Positions 12,408 through 28,835 are shown, numbered from the stretch's first letter. The stretch is DNA of 64,000 nt from Rhynchopus sp. YZ270_cl-10 (GCA_964035575.1 OZ037836.1:1984001-2048000), one strand, 5' to 3'. Made by a program: numbers and translations. The notes: generated from the letters alone by a model not told the origin.

Positions 12408-13565
12408 ATGGAAATATGTGTGAAGAGCTTTGACGGAGAGAAGTACACAGTCGAGGTGGGTGTGGATGATACAACTGCGGACATACGGCGGAAGGTGGCG
12501 TCTGCAGCAGAGTTGCGCGAAGACGGCTTTGACATGAGCTTCGGAGAGAAGCTGCTGGCCGAAGGAGACTACATCACGCAGCTGAGTGCTGGGGACACAG
12601 TTGTGCTGATGAAGACGAAGTCGCAGAAGGACGACGCCATTGCAGCTCTTCGTGACTTGGGTGAGACAAGGCTGACGTCAGAGAGGTTCGAAGGTCTGAC
12701 AGATCCCAAGCTGATTCATTTGTTTCTGCAGGCGGAGGTTGTTACTGAGACCCCTGATGAATTCCTGAGAGGTGGCAGGTTCTCAGAACTTGAGCTCAGT
12801 GATGTGCCAGGTGTTACCTGTATAGGTGGCTCCTTTCTTACGTGGTGCATCTCATTGACCACACTGGATATTTCTGGGTGGAGCAATGTGTCGCAGATGG
12901 GAAGGTATTTTCTCTCCAACTGCATCTCATTGCGAAGCCTTGACTTGTCTGGGTGGAATAATGTGACGCGAATTGATGAGTACTTTCTCTGCAACTGCAT
13001 CGCATTGAGAAGCCTTGACTTGTCTGGGTGGAACAATGTGACGCGAATTGCTGAGTACTTTCTCGTCAACTGCAAATCATTGACCACACTGGATATTTCT
13101 GGGTGGAACAATGTGACGGAGCTTGGGCACTCTTTTCTCTGCGACTGCAGCGCATTGCGAAGCCTTGACTTGTCTGGGTGGAAGAATGTTACGGGGGTTG
13201 ATAGGTGCTTTCTTTTCAAGTGCACCTCATTGACCACGCTGGATATTTCTGGATGGAACAAGGTGACGCGCATTGATGAGTACTTTCTTTACAAGTGTAC
13301 CTCACTGAAGACACTGGATATTTCTGGGTGGAACAATGTGACGCAGCTGGGAAATTCGTTCCTTTCCAACTGCACTTCATTGAAAACACTTAACTTATCT
13401 GGGTTGACGACTGTTCAGCACATTGGGAAAGATTTCCTAAAAGGATGCAAAATACCCACAAGCAGCATCAACGTCACCGGATCGAGCAGTGTTGTGTCAG
13501 AACATGTGCAGTGCCATAGCGGTAACCTCGTGGACGATACGAAGTGCACATGTGTGTGCATGTGA
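12408..13565 (+). CDS. UBL-LRR-CaaX protein, 385 aa, about 9 LRRs
   Basis: Same architecture; ends CTCVCM. Confidence 0.92.
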   Translation: MEICVKSFDGEKYTVEVGVDDTTADIRRKVASAAELREDGFDMSFGEKLLAEGDYITQLSAGDTVVLMKTKSQKDDAIAALRDLGETRLTSERFEGLTDPKLIHLFLQAEVVTETPDEFLRGGRFSELELSDVPGVTCIGGSFLTWCISLTTLDISGWSNVSQMGRYFLSNCISLRSLDLSGWNNVTRIDEYFLCNCIALRSLDLSGWNNVTRIAEYFLVNCKSLTTLDISGWNNVTELGHSFLCDCSALRSLDLSGWKNVTGVDRCFLFKCTSLTTLDISGWNKVTRIDEYFLYKCTSLKTLDISGWNNVTQLGNSFLSNCTSLKTLNLSGLTTVQHIGKDFLKGCKIPTSSINVTGSSSVVSEHVQCHSGNLVDDTKCTCVCM

Positions 13566-14022
13566 GGCATGTGCATCTTTCGAGAGGCTGGGCGCTCATT
13601 GCGATGTTCAGAGAACTAATTTTACATTGCACGTTGCACTTTGCCCGTACCAAAAATATGAAACTGGGTATTTTTGTTGTGCACAGTTCTTTGCATCCTC
13701 GAGTGCGTACTAATACAACGAAGCTTTCAAAAGCAAAACAAAAGACCTCTCCCCTTGTAACTGTTTGTTGTCTCTTGCACACCACACACACACTCCACCA
13801 CTTCCCTTTTGACACATGCCTACCCACAGAGAGAGACATCCCTCCCGTCCTATCACAGCCTTGCAGCATACAGTTCTGCACACAGAGGTGTCCCCTTTGT
13901 CTTACACCTCTATCGCCTCAGTGGCAACATGTCTGCCTTCTTCTTGTCTCCTTCCCGTTAAGCAGTTGTGTTTCTTCTTGCCCCACCCAAAACACCTGCA
14001 CAAAACAGAGAGACACAAAACC

Positions 14023-15291
14023 ATGGAAATATGTGTGGAGAGCTTTGACGGAGAGAAGTACACAGTCGAGGTGGGTGTGGATGATACAACTGCGGACATA
14101 CGGCGGAAGGTGGCGTCTGCAGCAGAGTTGTGCGAAGACGGCTTTGACATGAGCTTCGGTGGGAAGCTGCTGGCCGAAGGAGACGACACGACGCAGCTGA
14201 GTGCTGGGGACACAGTTGTGCTGACGAAGACGAAGTCGCAGAAGGACGACGCCATTGCAGCTCTTCGTGCCTTGGGTGAGACGGAGCTGACTACAGACAG
14301 GTTCGAAGGTCTTGCAGATCCCAAGCTGGTTCATTTGTTTCTGCAGGCGGAGGTTGTTACTGAGATCCCCGATAGCTTCTTGTCAGGTCGCGCGTTCTCA
14401 GAACTTGATCTCAGCGGTGTGCCAGGTGTTACCTGTATAGGTAGCTCCCTCCTCCAATACTGCATCTCATTGACCACACTGGATATTTCTGGGTGGAGCA
14501 ATGTGACAAAACTTGGGAACCGTTTTCTCTCCGACTGCACCGCATTGCGAACTCTTGACTTGTCTGAGTGGAACAATGTGACGCGGGTTGGTGACCACTT
14601 TCTCGCCAACTGCAAATCACTGACCACACTGGATATTTCTGGGTGGAACAATGTTACGCGGGTTGGTGAGTACTTTCTCTCCGACTGCACCTCATTGACC
14701 ACCCTGGATATTTCTGGGTGGGGCAATGTGACGCAGCTTGGGAACCGTTTTCTCTCCAACTGCATCGCATTGCAAACCCTTGACTTGTCTGGGTGGAACA
14801 ATGTGACCCGGGTTGATGACTTCTTTCTCATCTTCTGCACCTCATTGACCACACTGGATATTTCTGGGTGGAACAATGTGACGCAGCTTGAGTACCGTTT
14901 TCTCTCCCACTGCAGCGCATTGCGAAGCCTTGACTTGTCTGGGTGGAAGAATGTGACGCGAATTGATGACTATTTTCTCTCGAACTGCACCTCACTGAAG
15001 ACACTGGATATTTCTGGATGGAACAATGTGACGCAGCTGGGAAATTCGTTCCTTGCCAACTGTACTGCGTTACAAACACTTGACCTATCTGGGTTGACGA
15101 CTGTTCAGCGCATTGGCACAGACTTCCTGATAGATTGCATTCTACCCACAAGCAGCATCAACGTCACCGGATCGAGCAGTGTTGTGTCAGAATATGTGAA
15201 CAGCCGTAGCCTCATCGAAGATTCCAACGACATTAGCCAAGCCGCCGAAGTGGTCGAAGGAGATACGAAGTGCAAATGTGTGTGCATGTGA
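14023..15291 (+). CDS. UBL-LRR-CaaX protein, 422 aa, about 10 LRRs
   Basis: Same architecture; long acidic tail shared with the 1348 copy; ends CKCVCM. Confidence 0.92.
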   Translation: MEICVESFDGEKYTVEVGVDDTTADIRRKVASAAELCEDGFDMSFGGKLLAEGDDTTQLSAGDTVVLTKTKSQKDDAIAALRALGETELTTDRFEGLADPKLVHLFLQAEVVTEIPDSFLSGRAFSELDLSGVPGVTCIGSSLLQYCISLTTLDISGWSNVTKLGNRFLSDCTALRTLDLSEWNNVTRVGDHFLANCKSLTTLDISGWNNVTRVGEYFLSDCTSLTTLDISGWGNVTQLGNRFLSNCIALQTLDLSGWNNVTRVDDFFLIFCTSLTTLDISGWNNVTQLEYRFLSHCSALRSLDLSGWKNVTRIDDYFLSNCTSLKTLDISGWNNVTQLGNSFLANCTALQTLDLSGLTTVQRIGTDFLIDCILPTSSINVTGSSSVVSEYVNSRSLIEDSNDISQAAEVVEGDTKCKCVCM

Positions 15292-15401
15292 GGCATGTGC
15301 ATCTTTCGAGAGGCTTGGCGCTCATTGCGATGTTCAGAGAACCACTTTTTGATGTTGTACTTCCAAAAGGAAGTGCACTATTGTACGTTTTTTTTCGATT
15401 A

Positions 15402-15846
15402 CTGGGGGGGGTCGAATAAAGCACGTACGTGTTTTATTAGGCGTCCCTACACTTCAGATCCTGAGGTTTAAAAAAAAAAAAAAGTTCGAAAAGGCGAATA
15501 AAGCACGTACGTGCTTTATTCGCCTTTTTGAACTTTTTGGAAAGTTTTTCCAGTCACAATTTTTTTTCGATTTTTTTTTCGCCCAAGAGGTGATTTTGCT
15601 GCATTTCCGAGCCAATCCCGGCTTGTGGTGGGGGATATACGGAAAAATGGACAAAATTTCAGCGACTTAAATTTTCACAAAATACGAACTACCTTGTCAC
15701 AACACAGGAAAAGTTCAAAAAGTCGAATAAAACACGTACGTGCTTTATTCGACGCAAAAAAAAGCAAAAAACCCATTTTTCAAATGCGTGCTTTATTCGA
15801 CGTACGTGCTTTATTTGAATTACCTCGTTTATTCGGCCCCCCCCAG
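15402..15846. mobile_element. Tc1/mariner-type MITE
   Basis: TA|CTGGGGGGGGTCGAATAAA ... TTTATTCGGCCCCCCCCAG|TA; internal AATAAAGCACGTACG repeats; empty site in the paralogous flank near 37830. Confidence 0.85.
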
Positions 15847-16528
15847 TAAGGGTAGCATAAGTTTTTTTTTTGTACGAGTATGCAATACGTCTGGAAATGA
15901 AAGACGCGCTCGTCGGTGGTCATGAGTTTTACCGTTTTCCCCTTCCCCCCTTGTGCTCCACCTCTCCACCGTACTTCAGGACGCGGGTTTTTCGGGGTTT
16001 TCGGGACTTTTGGGGTTTGAAAAAAAAAAAAAAAAAAAAAAACTATGTCATCTGTGGCTGTTCCCTGGGATAGCTGGCCGGGTGGGGATAAGGTCATTTG
16101 GGATCAGATCAAACCCCCAGTCCCCAAAGCAAATGCAATGGAACCGGACACCGAAGATGAGTGCATTTTTCCTTCGTGCGGTGTAACCAAAAGAAAACCG
16201 ACGCAGGAGCTTTTCTTGGAACTGTTTTATTCTCCCTACCCCAACAACATTACATTTCAGAAACACATTGTTTTTTCGTTTTTGTTCACTTTCTTTTCTT
16301 CTCCCTCACACCTGTTTGCTGTGAATTAAATTTTTTCGTTTGCCTGGTCGCATACTGCGAGTTTTCCTGGAAGCGCAGGAAAAATGACTGGGGAGTGTTG
16401 GTGGCTCCGTGACGCCACAGAGCCGGCACACTCGTTGAGTGCCTCACAAAACCTAAAAATTTATTCCGTTTTGATTTTATTTATTGTCTTCACGCTATAT
16501 TGTTGTTGTTGGGTTGGGAAATAAAATC

Positions 16529-17448
16529 ATGCACAAAAAGGGTGTCCTTGGCTGCATGGGCTGCGGCAGACAGTGCACGAAGACGTGCATGCGGAACACG
16601 GGGCTATTCCCTGAAGGGGTGATCACAGACTTCCTCAAGAAGACAGAGAGATGGGTGTGTCCGGTGTGCGCGTGGAGACGTGCGCCAAGAACGAAGGTGA
16701 AAAAGGAAAAGCCGATCGAGCAGCAGCAGGACGAGGAGGACGACGACGCAGAGGACACGGTGGAAGGGCTCCTCGCAGTGATTCCGGAAACCGCTAAGAA
16801 GCTTTTCATGCACACTTTTGCACGTTTGGATTTTCTGCAGCAGGAGAACGAGAGTCTCAAGAAAACTATAGAGTTTATCAAGAAGTCCCAGCAAACGGCA
16901 CTCGACGCTGATTTCTCGCCGTATGTTGTTGCAACCTGGAAAAACATCCAAAATAGCCGCATCAGAAAGGAGATAAGGGAAAAGGTAGGAAAGGCATTCA
17001 GGGAGTCGACCCTACCCACTTTTGATAATGCACTCGAGTATCAAAAGGGCGTCCTAAGATGCTTCGAGGCGCTGGACAACTCCCTGGCGCTGATCGAGGA
17101 CTCAGAGGACCCACCCGCAACCAAGTTCCTGACGCCCATACACAACACCATAGTAGAACTCACCTCGACCACAATTATTGGGGCTAATGCTGCCGGAAGG
17201 ATGATGTACGAGTCTAAAGCAAAGGGATACGCGGTGGATGACTTCTCAAAAGTCATCCAGGCTCGCATTCTGGACACGGCCAAGAAGCAGCCGCACGCAG
17301 AGGTACCGTCGAAGACGCGGGATTCAGGGAGGGACGCCAAGGAGAAGAGAGACGACAGGGACAGGGGAGGAGACGATACGAGGGGGCGCGACCGAGACTA
17401 CTGGGGCAACACGGGAAAGGAGTTAAGAAGGTACGCAGGGCCCAGACG

Positions 17449-17452
<4 letters not shown>
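16529..17452 (+). CDS. Gag-like ORF1 of the YR retrotransposon, with an N-terminal Cys-rich (PHD-like) finger
   Basis: CMGC..C..C...WVCPVC, coiled-coil stretch, basic R/D-rich tail; first ORF of the element. Confidence 0.7.
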
Positions 17453-20784
<3,332 letters not shown>

Positions 20785-21065
20785 GGGTCCTGATGGATGC
20801 GATCAACAAACAACAAACAACGAATAAACAAAGAAGGGGGGGTATTTCATTTTTTTGGTTCCCGTTATCGCCGCACTTTTTTTTGGATTTTCGGAAAAAA
20901 AAAAACTAAAAAAAAAAAAAAACTAAACAGTGCAATTGGGTGGCTTCTATGTGGTTTCGTGACGCGATACCCACCACCACGTCCTCCAATGGGCTGAAAG
21001 TGTTAAAATACGGCATTTTGGAAATAAATTTTTACCATTCAGCCTGTCAGCGTTGACACCCAGCT

Positions 21066-21520
21066 GTAGGGACACTATAGAATCAAGTACAGACAAGAAG
21101 CACCAAGGGTGGGTCAAAGCACAAAACATTGTGTACTCTGTTGATTGCACGCTGTGTGGAAAACGGCGAGCAGTCAACAAGATGCCTTCACGCGATGGAG
21201 AAGGAGGTTAGATGGGTGGTACCGAGGCGGCAGTCCCTTCCCAACGGACCCATTGAACAAGGTATTCTATGTGAAAGAGAACATCAGTTGTGTCGGATGG
21301 GTTCTGTGGACAACAGGAACAGTGAACAACCGCTGTGCACATTGTGGGACAAACAACATTCTCCCGAAGGATCCCGAACACTCGCAACAGTTCAAACAGG
21401 TGCAACCTATCTGCAGCTCGTGCAAAGCACTAGGCCGTCTGCCTCCGGCAAATATGCAGAAAAGAAAGCACGAGCCTTCGCCACACACCGAAACCCTGCA
21501 GCTAAAAAGGCAGCAAAAAA
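21066..21520 (+). pseudogene. Frameshifted Cys-rich fragment resembling the C-terminus of Zator-like transposases
   Basis: VDCTLCGKRRAV, then in another frame YRGGSP...VFYVKENISC...CAHCG...FKQVQPICSSC; lies inside the GGG/TAA TIR element; family match is from memory of motif spacing. Confidence 0.5.
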
Positions 21521-22970
21521 ACATGTACGAAGCCGATGCAAAAAAATCCAGCGGACCAAAACGTTATTGGATGCGACACCGCTTCGGATTACGAGAACGA
21601 CACGAAACAGCGGAAGAGATAAGGGAATGGTGTTTCTTTGGTAAAGTCCGCCTGATTTTTACCCCGCCTATAGGCGCGTAAAGGCTGGGGAAAATGGGTG
21701 GGGTTTGGCCTATACGGGCCTACACGGGCCTGCACGCCCCTTTACGCGGGGTAAAAAATCAGGCGAAAAGTGCCCAGAAATGCCAAAAAGTGCAGAATTT
21801 TGCACTTTTGAGCTGTTTTTGGGGTCAAAAAATCGCTTTTTCGTCACAACTTTTTCCCCCCTTTAGGATTTCCTTAAGGATTTTGTTTAGTTTTTTTTTT
21901 TTTTTAGTTTAGTTTTTTTTCCGCACGCCGCACTTTTTTTTGCGATCCCAAATAACGGGAACCAAAAAAAAAACTTATGCTACCCTAAATTGTTTTTCTG
22001 GTCTTATTACATACAACGCAGAAGTACGTCACGACAGCTTTGTTTTGTTTGTTTTGTTTTGCGATGTGTGGACGAGCCAATGCATCTTGCACGTTTTTCC
22101 CATACCCTTCTCTCAACTCCATCCGTAGGGTAAGTTAAGGTAAAAGGTACAGTATCGCAATCGATGCACGGTGAGGGAACTGGGTCTCAGTGGTGTGCCA
22201 TGTGTGAATAAAATAATAAAACCTACATTCTTGAACTATTCTCCCGACTGATTTTCGTTGGACGCATCCCTTTCTGCAATTCAATTCAAGCACCAACGTG
22301 TGTGCATGTACGGCACAGTGTGTTCCCTCAAGATAGTGCTTGCCTTTTACTTTTATTCGGACATCTCAAACTAATCTTTGTTTTTTGTAATTTTGATTTC
22401 CCTTGTTCTCTTCTGCGCACGAACAACGTATTTTTGCCCTTTTGCTGCCCCCTTTTTTGTACCACAGTGGACAGGCTGAGTACCCCCTGCACAACTATGT
22501 TTGTGCACGAGAGAGACCTCATGGAGCTTTCAAGGTTTCGTTCTTTCGTTCAATTGCCCCTTCATTTGTGTGTGGGAATATTTTTGTGTTGAGAGAGCAA
22601 TGTGCAGGGTTGGATCCCTGTAGTCATGATAAAAGCGATGCCGCCATTGAGCGACTCATAGGCGCATGAGTGATAGACGTTGTCGCTGTGGTATCCCGCC
22701 TCGCAGAGGAAGGTGTTTTTTGACACAGCAACTTCGTGAGTCAGTATCGGTCTGCGAATCAAATTGAAAACGGCGTGTTTGCGCGTCATATCGCAGAGGA
22801 TAGAGAAACTGAAAAGTCTTGAAAATAAAATACCCCCTAGCGTGTAATTTGTTGATCGCATCCAATCAAAAACAAAACAAAAGACCTCTCCCCTTGTAAC
22901 TGTTTGTTGTCTCTTGCGTACTCTCACCCCCAATTGAAAACACCTGCACAAAACAGAGAGACACAAAACC

Positions 22971-24098
22971 ATGGAAATATGTGTGAAGAGCTTTGACGGA
23001 GAGAAGTACACAGTCGAGGTGGGTGCGGATGATACAACTGCGGACATACGGCGGAAGGTGGTGTCTGCAGCAGAGTTGTGCGAAGACGGCTTTGACATGA
23101 GCTTCGGAGCCGAAGGAGACGACACGACGCAGCTGAGTGCTGGGGACACAGTTGTGCTGACGAAGACGAAGTCGCAGAAGGACGACGCCATTGCAGCTCT
23201 TCGTGACTTGGGTGAGACAAGGCTGACGTCAGAGAGGTTCCAAGGTCTTGCAGATCCCAAGCTGGTTCATTTGTTTCTGCAGGCGGAGGTTGTTACTGAG
23301 ATCCCCTATAGCTTCTTGAGAGATGAGACATTCTCAGAACTTGATCTCAGTGGTGTGCCAGGTGTGACTGCAATAGGCCACTCCTTCGTCTTCAACTGCA
23401 CTGCGTTGCGGACTGTTGATTTATCTGGGTGGAGCAATGTGGCACATATCGGGCCCTACTTTTTCTCTGACATGCGCGCATTGCAAGCACTTGACTTGTC
23501 TGGGTGGAACAATGTGACGCGTGTTGATGATCACTTCGCCAACAATTGCACATCACTGACCACACTGGATATTTCTGGGTGGAAGAACCTCAAGCATACT
23601 GGGCACTCCTTTCTCTCCAAATGCACTGTATTGCAAACACTTGACTTGTCTGGGTGCAGCAAGGTAACGCGGGTTGGTGACGACTTCCTCTCCAGCTGCA
23701 CCTCATTGACCACACTGGATATTTCTGGGTGGAATGCGACGCAGATGGGAAGTTCTTTCCTGTCCCACTGCACCGCATTGCGAAGCCTTGACTTGTCTGG
23801 GTGCAGCAATGTGAAGCGGGTTGATATATACTTTCTCTCCCACTGCACCTCATTGACCACACTGGATATTGCTGGGTGGAACAATGTGACGTACATAGGG
23901 GACTGTTTCCTCTTCAACTGCACTGCATTGCGAGCCCTTGACATGTCTGGGTGGACGAGTGTGCAGCACATCGACACAGCTTTCCTAAGCGGCTGCAAAA
24001 TACCCACAAGCAGCATCAACGTCACCGGATCGAGCAGTGTTGTGTCAGAATATGTGCATGACTATAGCGGTAGCCTCCGCAAATGTGTATGCATGTGA
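22971..24098 (+). CDS. UBL-LRR-CaaX protein, 375 aa, about 9 LRRs; close paralog of the 10697 copy
   Basis: Same architecture; 4-aa in-frame deletion in the UBL (MSFG-AEGD); ends LRKCVCM. Confidence 0.9.
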   Translation: MEICVKSFDGEKYTVEVGADDTTADIRRKVVSAAELCEDGFDMSFGAEGDDTTQLSAGDTVVLTKTKSQKDDAIAALRDLGETRLTSERFQGLADPKLVHLFLQAEVVTEIPYSFLRDETFSELDLSGVPGVTAIGHSFVFNCTALRTVDLSGWSNVAHIGPYFFSDMRALQALDLSGWNNVTRVDDHFANNCTSLTTLDISGWKNLKHTGHSFLSKCTVLQTLDLSGCSKVTRVGDDFLSSCTSLTTLDISGWNATQMGSSFLSHCTALRSLDLSGCSNVKRVDIYFLSHCTSLTTLDIAGWNNVTYIGDCFLFNCTALRALDMSGWTSVQHIDTAFLSGCKIPTSSINVTGSSSVVSEYVHDYSGSLRKCVCM

Positions 24099-26936
24099 GG
24101 CATGTGCATCTTTCGAGAGGCTAGGCGCTCATTGCGATGTTCAGAGAACGAATTTTAGGAAAACTCAGTAACACTGTCACCAGAGGGCTTTGTATTTCAA
24201 CTCTACTTTTTTACATACCGTAATCGTAAGAATTCTGGGGCGTAAAATATTTGGGACGTAAATATTCTGGGACGTAACAAAAACTGGGACATTTTGGGGG
24301 GATCCGTAAATAGACCGGCAACGACCAGACACGTAATTAGTGTGTATAGCCGGTCTTTAGGGTCCGTAAAAAGACCGGCTCTTAAGGATTACCGGCTATA
24401 AGGGCCGGTCCTACCCACCCTCGAAAAAGACCGGCAGACCGGGTGTACAACTGTACACACAAAAAATACCCGATTTTTTGGAAAAAACCAAAGGGACCCT
24501 TTGGTCGTCGAAATTCCCCAGCCAAAATTGGTCGCAAAATCGGCCGATTTTTCAAAAATCTCAAAAAAAAAAAATCCCAAAATTTTTTTTTCACAAGTGT
24601 TTTTGAGGCCTACTCACTACACCCTAGGCACCCTCCTGGGACCAAAAAGTCAAAAAAAGCAAGAATTGAGCTGTTTTGAGCATCTAGAGTTTATTCCCCG
24701 GCCATTTTCTGCACCACCAGTGCACTTTGTATGGGCCAGCGCCTTGTCAAAAAATCGAAAAATCTCAAAAAAAAAAATTTTTTTTTCGGGAAAATTTCGA
24801 CCCCTGAGTTGGGTTTTTGGGCACCAAAAAGTGCAAAAAAACGCAAAAATCGGGTGTTTTGACGATCTGGGGGTAAACCATATGCATTATGCACCTTATG
24901 CATTACTACAGGGCCCGCAATTTCGGCTTTTCCTTAGCAAATTCCGCCACAATTTTTTCAACTTACCTTCCTTCACCCCCCTGTAAGGGTAACCGTAGGT
25001 GAAGTAAGGTATAGTATTGAAATCGATGTGGGGGGGGGAGTAAAGGGTCAATTTTACAAAACCAGATTTTGAGGAAAATTTTAGCCGAAAATGGGCCCCA
25101 CGTATAAGGAACCGGGCTCATATTTCTCAAAATTTAAGTGGTCAAAAAATTGTCCAATTTTCGAGATTGACCCCACCACTGCACGGGCGGAGCCCAAAAA
25201 TGCAAATAAGGACCCTTTTTAATTTGTTCTCTTGAAATGTGTAATTTCATGTTTTCGCGAAAAAAATAACAACTGATCCTACAAGGGTTGAAGGAAGGTG
25301 GTTGAAAACGACAATAACAACAAGAACAACTAATTGCTAAGAAAAAAGCGGGGTGTGCTGTGGAAAACTCCGCACGATTTTCGAAACCACCGTAGCATCC
25401 TGGCGATTTGCTGGAGGTGCTGATGCGCCTGGTGTGATCGATGTGTTGTAGTCTGTGCATTCTGTGTTCCTTCCGCACTGCTCCAACGACGACGACAATG
25501 TGGGGAGCCTGTGGACAAAAACGAGCTGGGCCACGCCGAGCCTGCCGACCGGGCGTCCAACAGCGCTATCGAGCAGATGGTGCTGGACGAAGAGGACAGC
25601 CCCCCTTCTTGAACGTTTCAGATGCTGGCGTCCCAGTGGGTCTGGCAGCGTACGAATAGCATTGGCATACCTGCAGAAGAGCAGAATGCTGGGCGTGTTG
25701 TAGATTATTTCTACAGGATGGAGTTCCACCTCACACCCCGTTTTTTTTCCGATAGCAATTACTTGTTTTTTTTCGATTTTGGCAAAGGCAAATCTCAGGC
25801 AAAAAGAAATCACCCCGATAATGGGTCCTTGGGTGTCCAAAGATGCCAAAAACACAAAAAAAATTGATGTTTTGACCATCGGTGGGCACCTAAAACGCAC
25901 TTTTCTGCCCAAAAAATGAATATCGATTTTTCTTAGCGTTCTTATAGCCGTGATTTTTCAGTTTTTTTTCGCAAAGGTGAAAAAAAAATTCACCCAAAAT
26001 AGTGGGTCCTTGGGAGACCAAAAACGCAAAAAAAACGCAACATTTTGGTGTTTTGACCCTTCAGAAGCACCCAAAACGCACTTTTGTGTACCAAAACACG
26101 CATATTTCACATTTCCTTAGCAATTCCTTTCACAAGTACAAGGCGATTTTTGACCAGACAAAAAAAATTTTATTGCCCAAAAACGGGCGTGGTAGGCACC
26201 CGAAGTCATAAAATGGCCCAAAGGAGGCTACGCTAAATCTCGTAAAAATCGCAAAACCTGAAAAAACCTGCAGAATTTTTGGGGCTTTTTTAGGCAAAAA
26301 ATAGTGAGGGGAGTTGGGTCCAGTCATAGGGGGTATAGCATATTTTTTGTAAAATTCTTCAAAAAAACGAGGATTTTTGCTGGGTACAATGCAAATTTCA
26401 GAAAAATCCCAATTTTCGACGGTCATATTTGGAGCAAATTATCCGCCCACGCACCCCGATTTTGTGTCAAAAACCGACTTTGCTCAGAAGTTGTGAGAGG
26501 TCCTCCCCTACACTTATTTTCATAAAAGTGGATCTGGTGGCGACTTGCAGAGCAGTCGTTGCGACACCGCGACAGAGGTTCCAATTCCATTAGCTATTTC
26601 CCTGTTCAAGGCTACCAATCTGACACAAACCACACGATGGAGTGGCCGGACCCTTTTGGCCGGACCCCGAGTCAGCCCGGCGGACTCGGGGTGAGCGCTC
26701 AGTCCGGATTGGACTGAGTACCCCGCGCGGACCCTATTTAGGGTACCCCGGTCCGTTGCACCACAACCGAGTGTGAGCAATGACACAAGGGGGTATGATT
26801 AGTTGCATGACAAGACTAAATAATGACAAGGCCTGTTAGTCTTGTCATGTAACTGGTCATGCACCTTGTCATGTCATGTCACTTTACATGTAAAGTACAT
26901 GTAAAAAAAGTTACATGGAAAGCACATGTAAAAGCG

Positions 26937-27064
26937 CATGTCATGTCATGTCATGTCATGTCATGTCATGTCATGTCATGTCATGTCATGTCATGTCATG
27001 TCATGTCATGTCATGTCATGTCATGTCATGTCATGTCATGTCATGTCATGTCATGTCATGTCAT
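26937..27064. repeat. (CATGT)n microsatellite, about 25 units
   Basis: Read directly. Confidence 0.98.
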
Positions 27065-27972
27065 TTTACTTCACCGTCGTGTATACTCCGGACATGGATA
27101 CCCACACAGAATACACGGTTACCCAGACATCTGTCAGGCAATCACTGATTCACATTAACACAGGTCGGGCAGGTGCTGCCTGCCCATCCTCTTTTTCCTG
27201 TCTGCTATCGATTCCAGGTTCACAAGGGATACACAAAACCACACAAAGCGCGATCGCGCTTCTTCGGCAACGTGTCGAAATCAGTGCGTCACACGGCCCT
27301 GAGCCCCTCTAAGCCAGTGATGGCCGCAGACGTGTATGCGTCTGCGGACGCTGCAGGTTTTCTCTTAGTGGCTAAGCCAGGGGACCTGAGGGTTCAACAC
27401 CGTTGGGACGCATTGAGAGGGCGGGAAGTGTCGGGGACACTGTATGGGCGGTTCTACGCCAAGTCCGCTCAAAAACCCTTGTAGACGCGGTGGAATGACA
27501 GTAAAGGCAAAGCGCCCCATCCACTAGTGGGCCTGCCGAAGGTGTCCTCATTGGTGATGGGAGACTGGGTCTAGGAAACCGAGAAAAGGCGACGTGTGGT
27601 GTATTAGGTGCCCGCATGCAAATGTGGACTCTGAAGAAGTATTTTCATCATAAGAAGATAAAGAAGACGAGGCACATGCGGGGGCAGTGCTTTAGTCGAG
27701 TCTACGACCGTGTCTAGTGCAGGGCTATTGTAGACTGAGCTGCAAGACCAAGGGTAGGAATTGGGCATTGCCATCTCTGAAAGTCATACGAGGTGTTTTT
27801 TTTTCAAAGGGAGGGACCGGGTGAGGCAGTGACGGCAGATCTGCTCCATCATTTACGCCAGAATAATTTCCCTTAACTTTGATCACTCCCCGACCCATTG
27901 ATGGGCACCTAAGCGCATGACATTGGTCACTACGATCCAAATACGGACTAAAGGTGACCACGTTGTCTTGGT

Positions 27973-28835
27973 TTGGCTGTATGCAAACACAATTACCCTA
28001 CACAATGCCTGGGTACCAAAGCCCGCCTGCCCTGGGACAAGGCTGCGGACACCCCGTCACTTTCCGTGGACTTTGACTGGAGCCGGCTCCCCTTGAGGGC
28101 GCCTTCGTCGTGGAAATACGGCCCTGAGCGACACACTGCTTTTCTTGCGTGGCTGAGGTCTCTGGAATTCGTTGAGGACAGCAACAGTTGCATCAGCAAC
28201 ATTGAGCTGGGTATTAGCTTTGGGGTATACTCAGGCATCTCGCTGCGACAGTGCAAACAGGTCGCCCATGCCCTTTCTGTGCGTGAGCGGGGGAAGGTGA
28301 TGTCCCTCTGGCTTCGATGGTTCCGGAAGCACTGCACCGAGAACAAGCTGGACTGCCCCGTTCCCGGAGAGAAAGTGACGATGGTGCACTGCCTACGGCC
28401 TATCGGTGCACCTCCGGTCTGGTGGGCACACTCCACGTGCCAAACTCTGCGCCGGCAGCATTGCCACTATCCTGAAGTACCTGACGAGGTCCATCAGTTC
28501 CCTGTCCGACCGTGACTGGGGCACCTGCCCCCTCCCCGCCTACGACACCACCATCACTGCGCGTGCCGCTCAGTGGACCTCGCCCCGACGACGCCTGCGT
28601 AACAATACCGCCACCCCTGCCACCCCTACAAGCCTTGTGCGACGGGGAACGCCAAGGCAGCGCATCACCATCGTGTCCCCTCCCGTTCTACCAGAACCTG
28701 AGCCGCCTGCACTGCCTGATACAGTGCCCGACAAACCGCCCTGAGCCTGGCCCCACCGCCCCAAAAGGGCGTCAATCAAGAAGAAAACGCTCAACTTCCC
28801 CCGAGCATGAAACGAGAATAAAGGAGGTACCCTAA
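27973..28835 (+). pseudogene. Frameshifted coding fragment, possibly the 3' end of a non-LTR retrotransposon ORF
   Basis: GC-rich coding-like stretch (FLAWLRSLEF...ISNIELGISF) with a Pro-rich tail inside AT-rich repeats; resemblance only, no RT motif seen. Confidence 0.3.

Noticed and set aside
20840..20868. DIRS-type internal complementary region
   Set aside because: It matches only the right end, not an end-to-end junction; the TAA duplication points to a DDE transposon TIR
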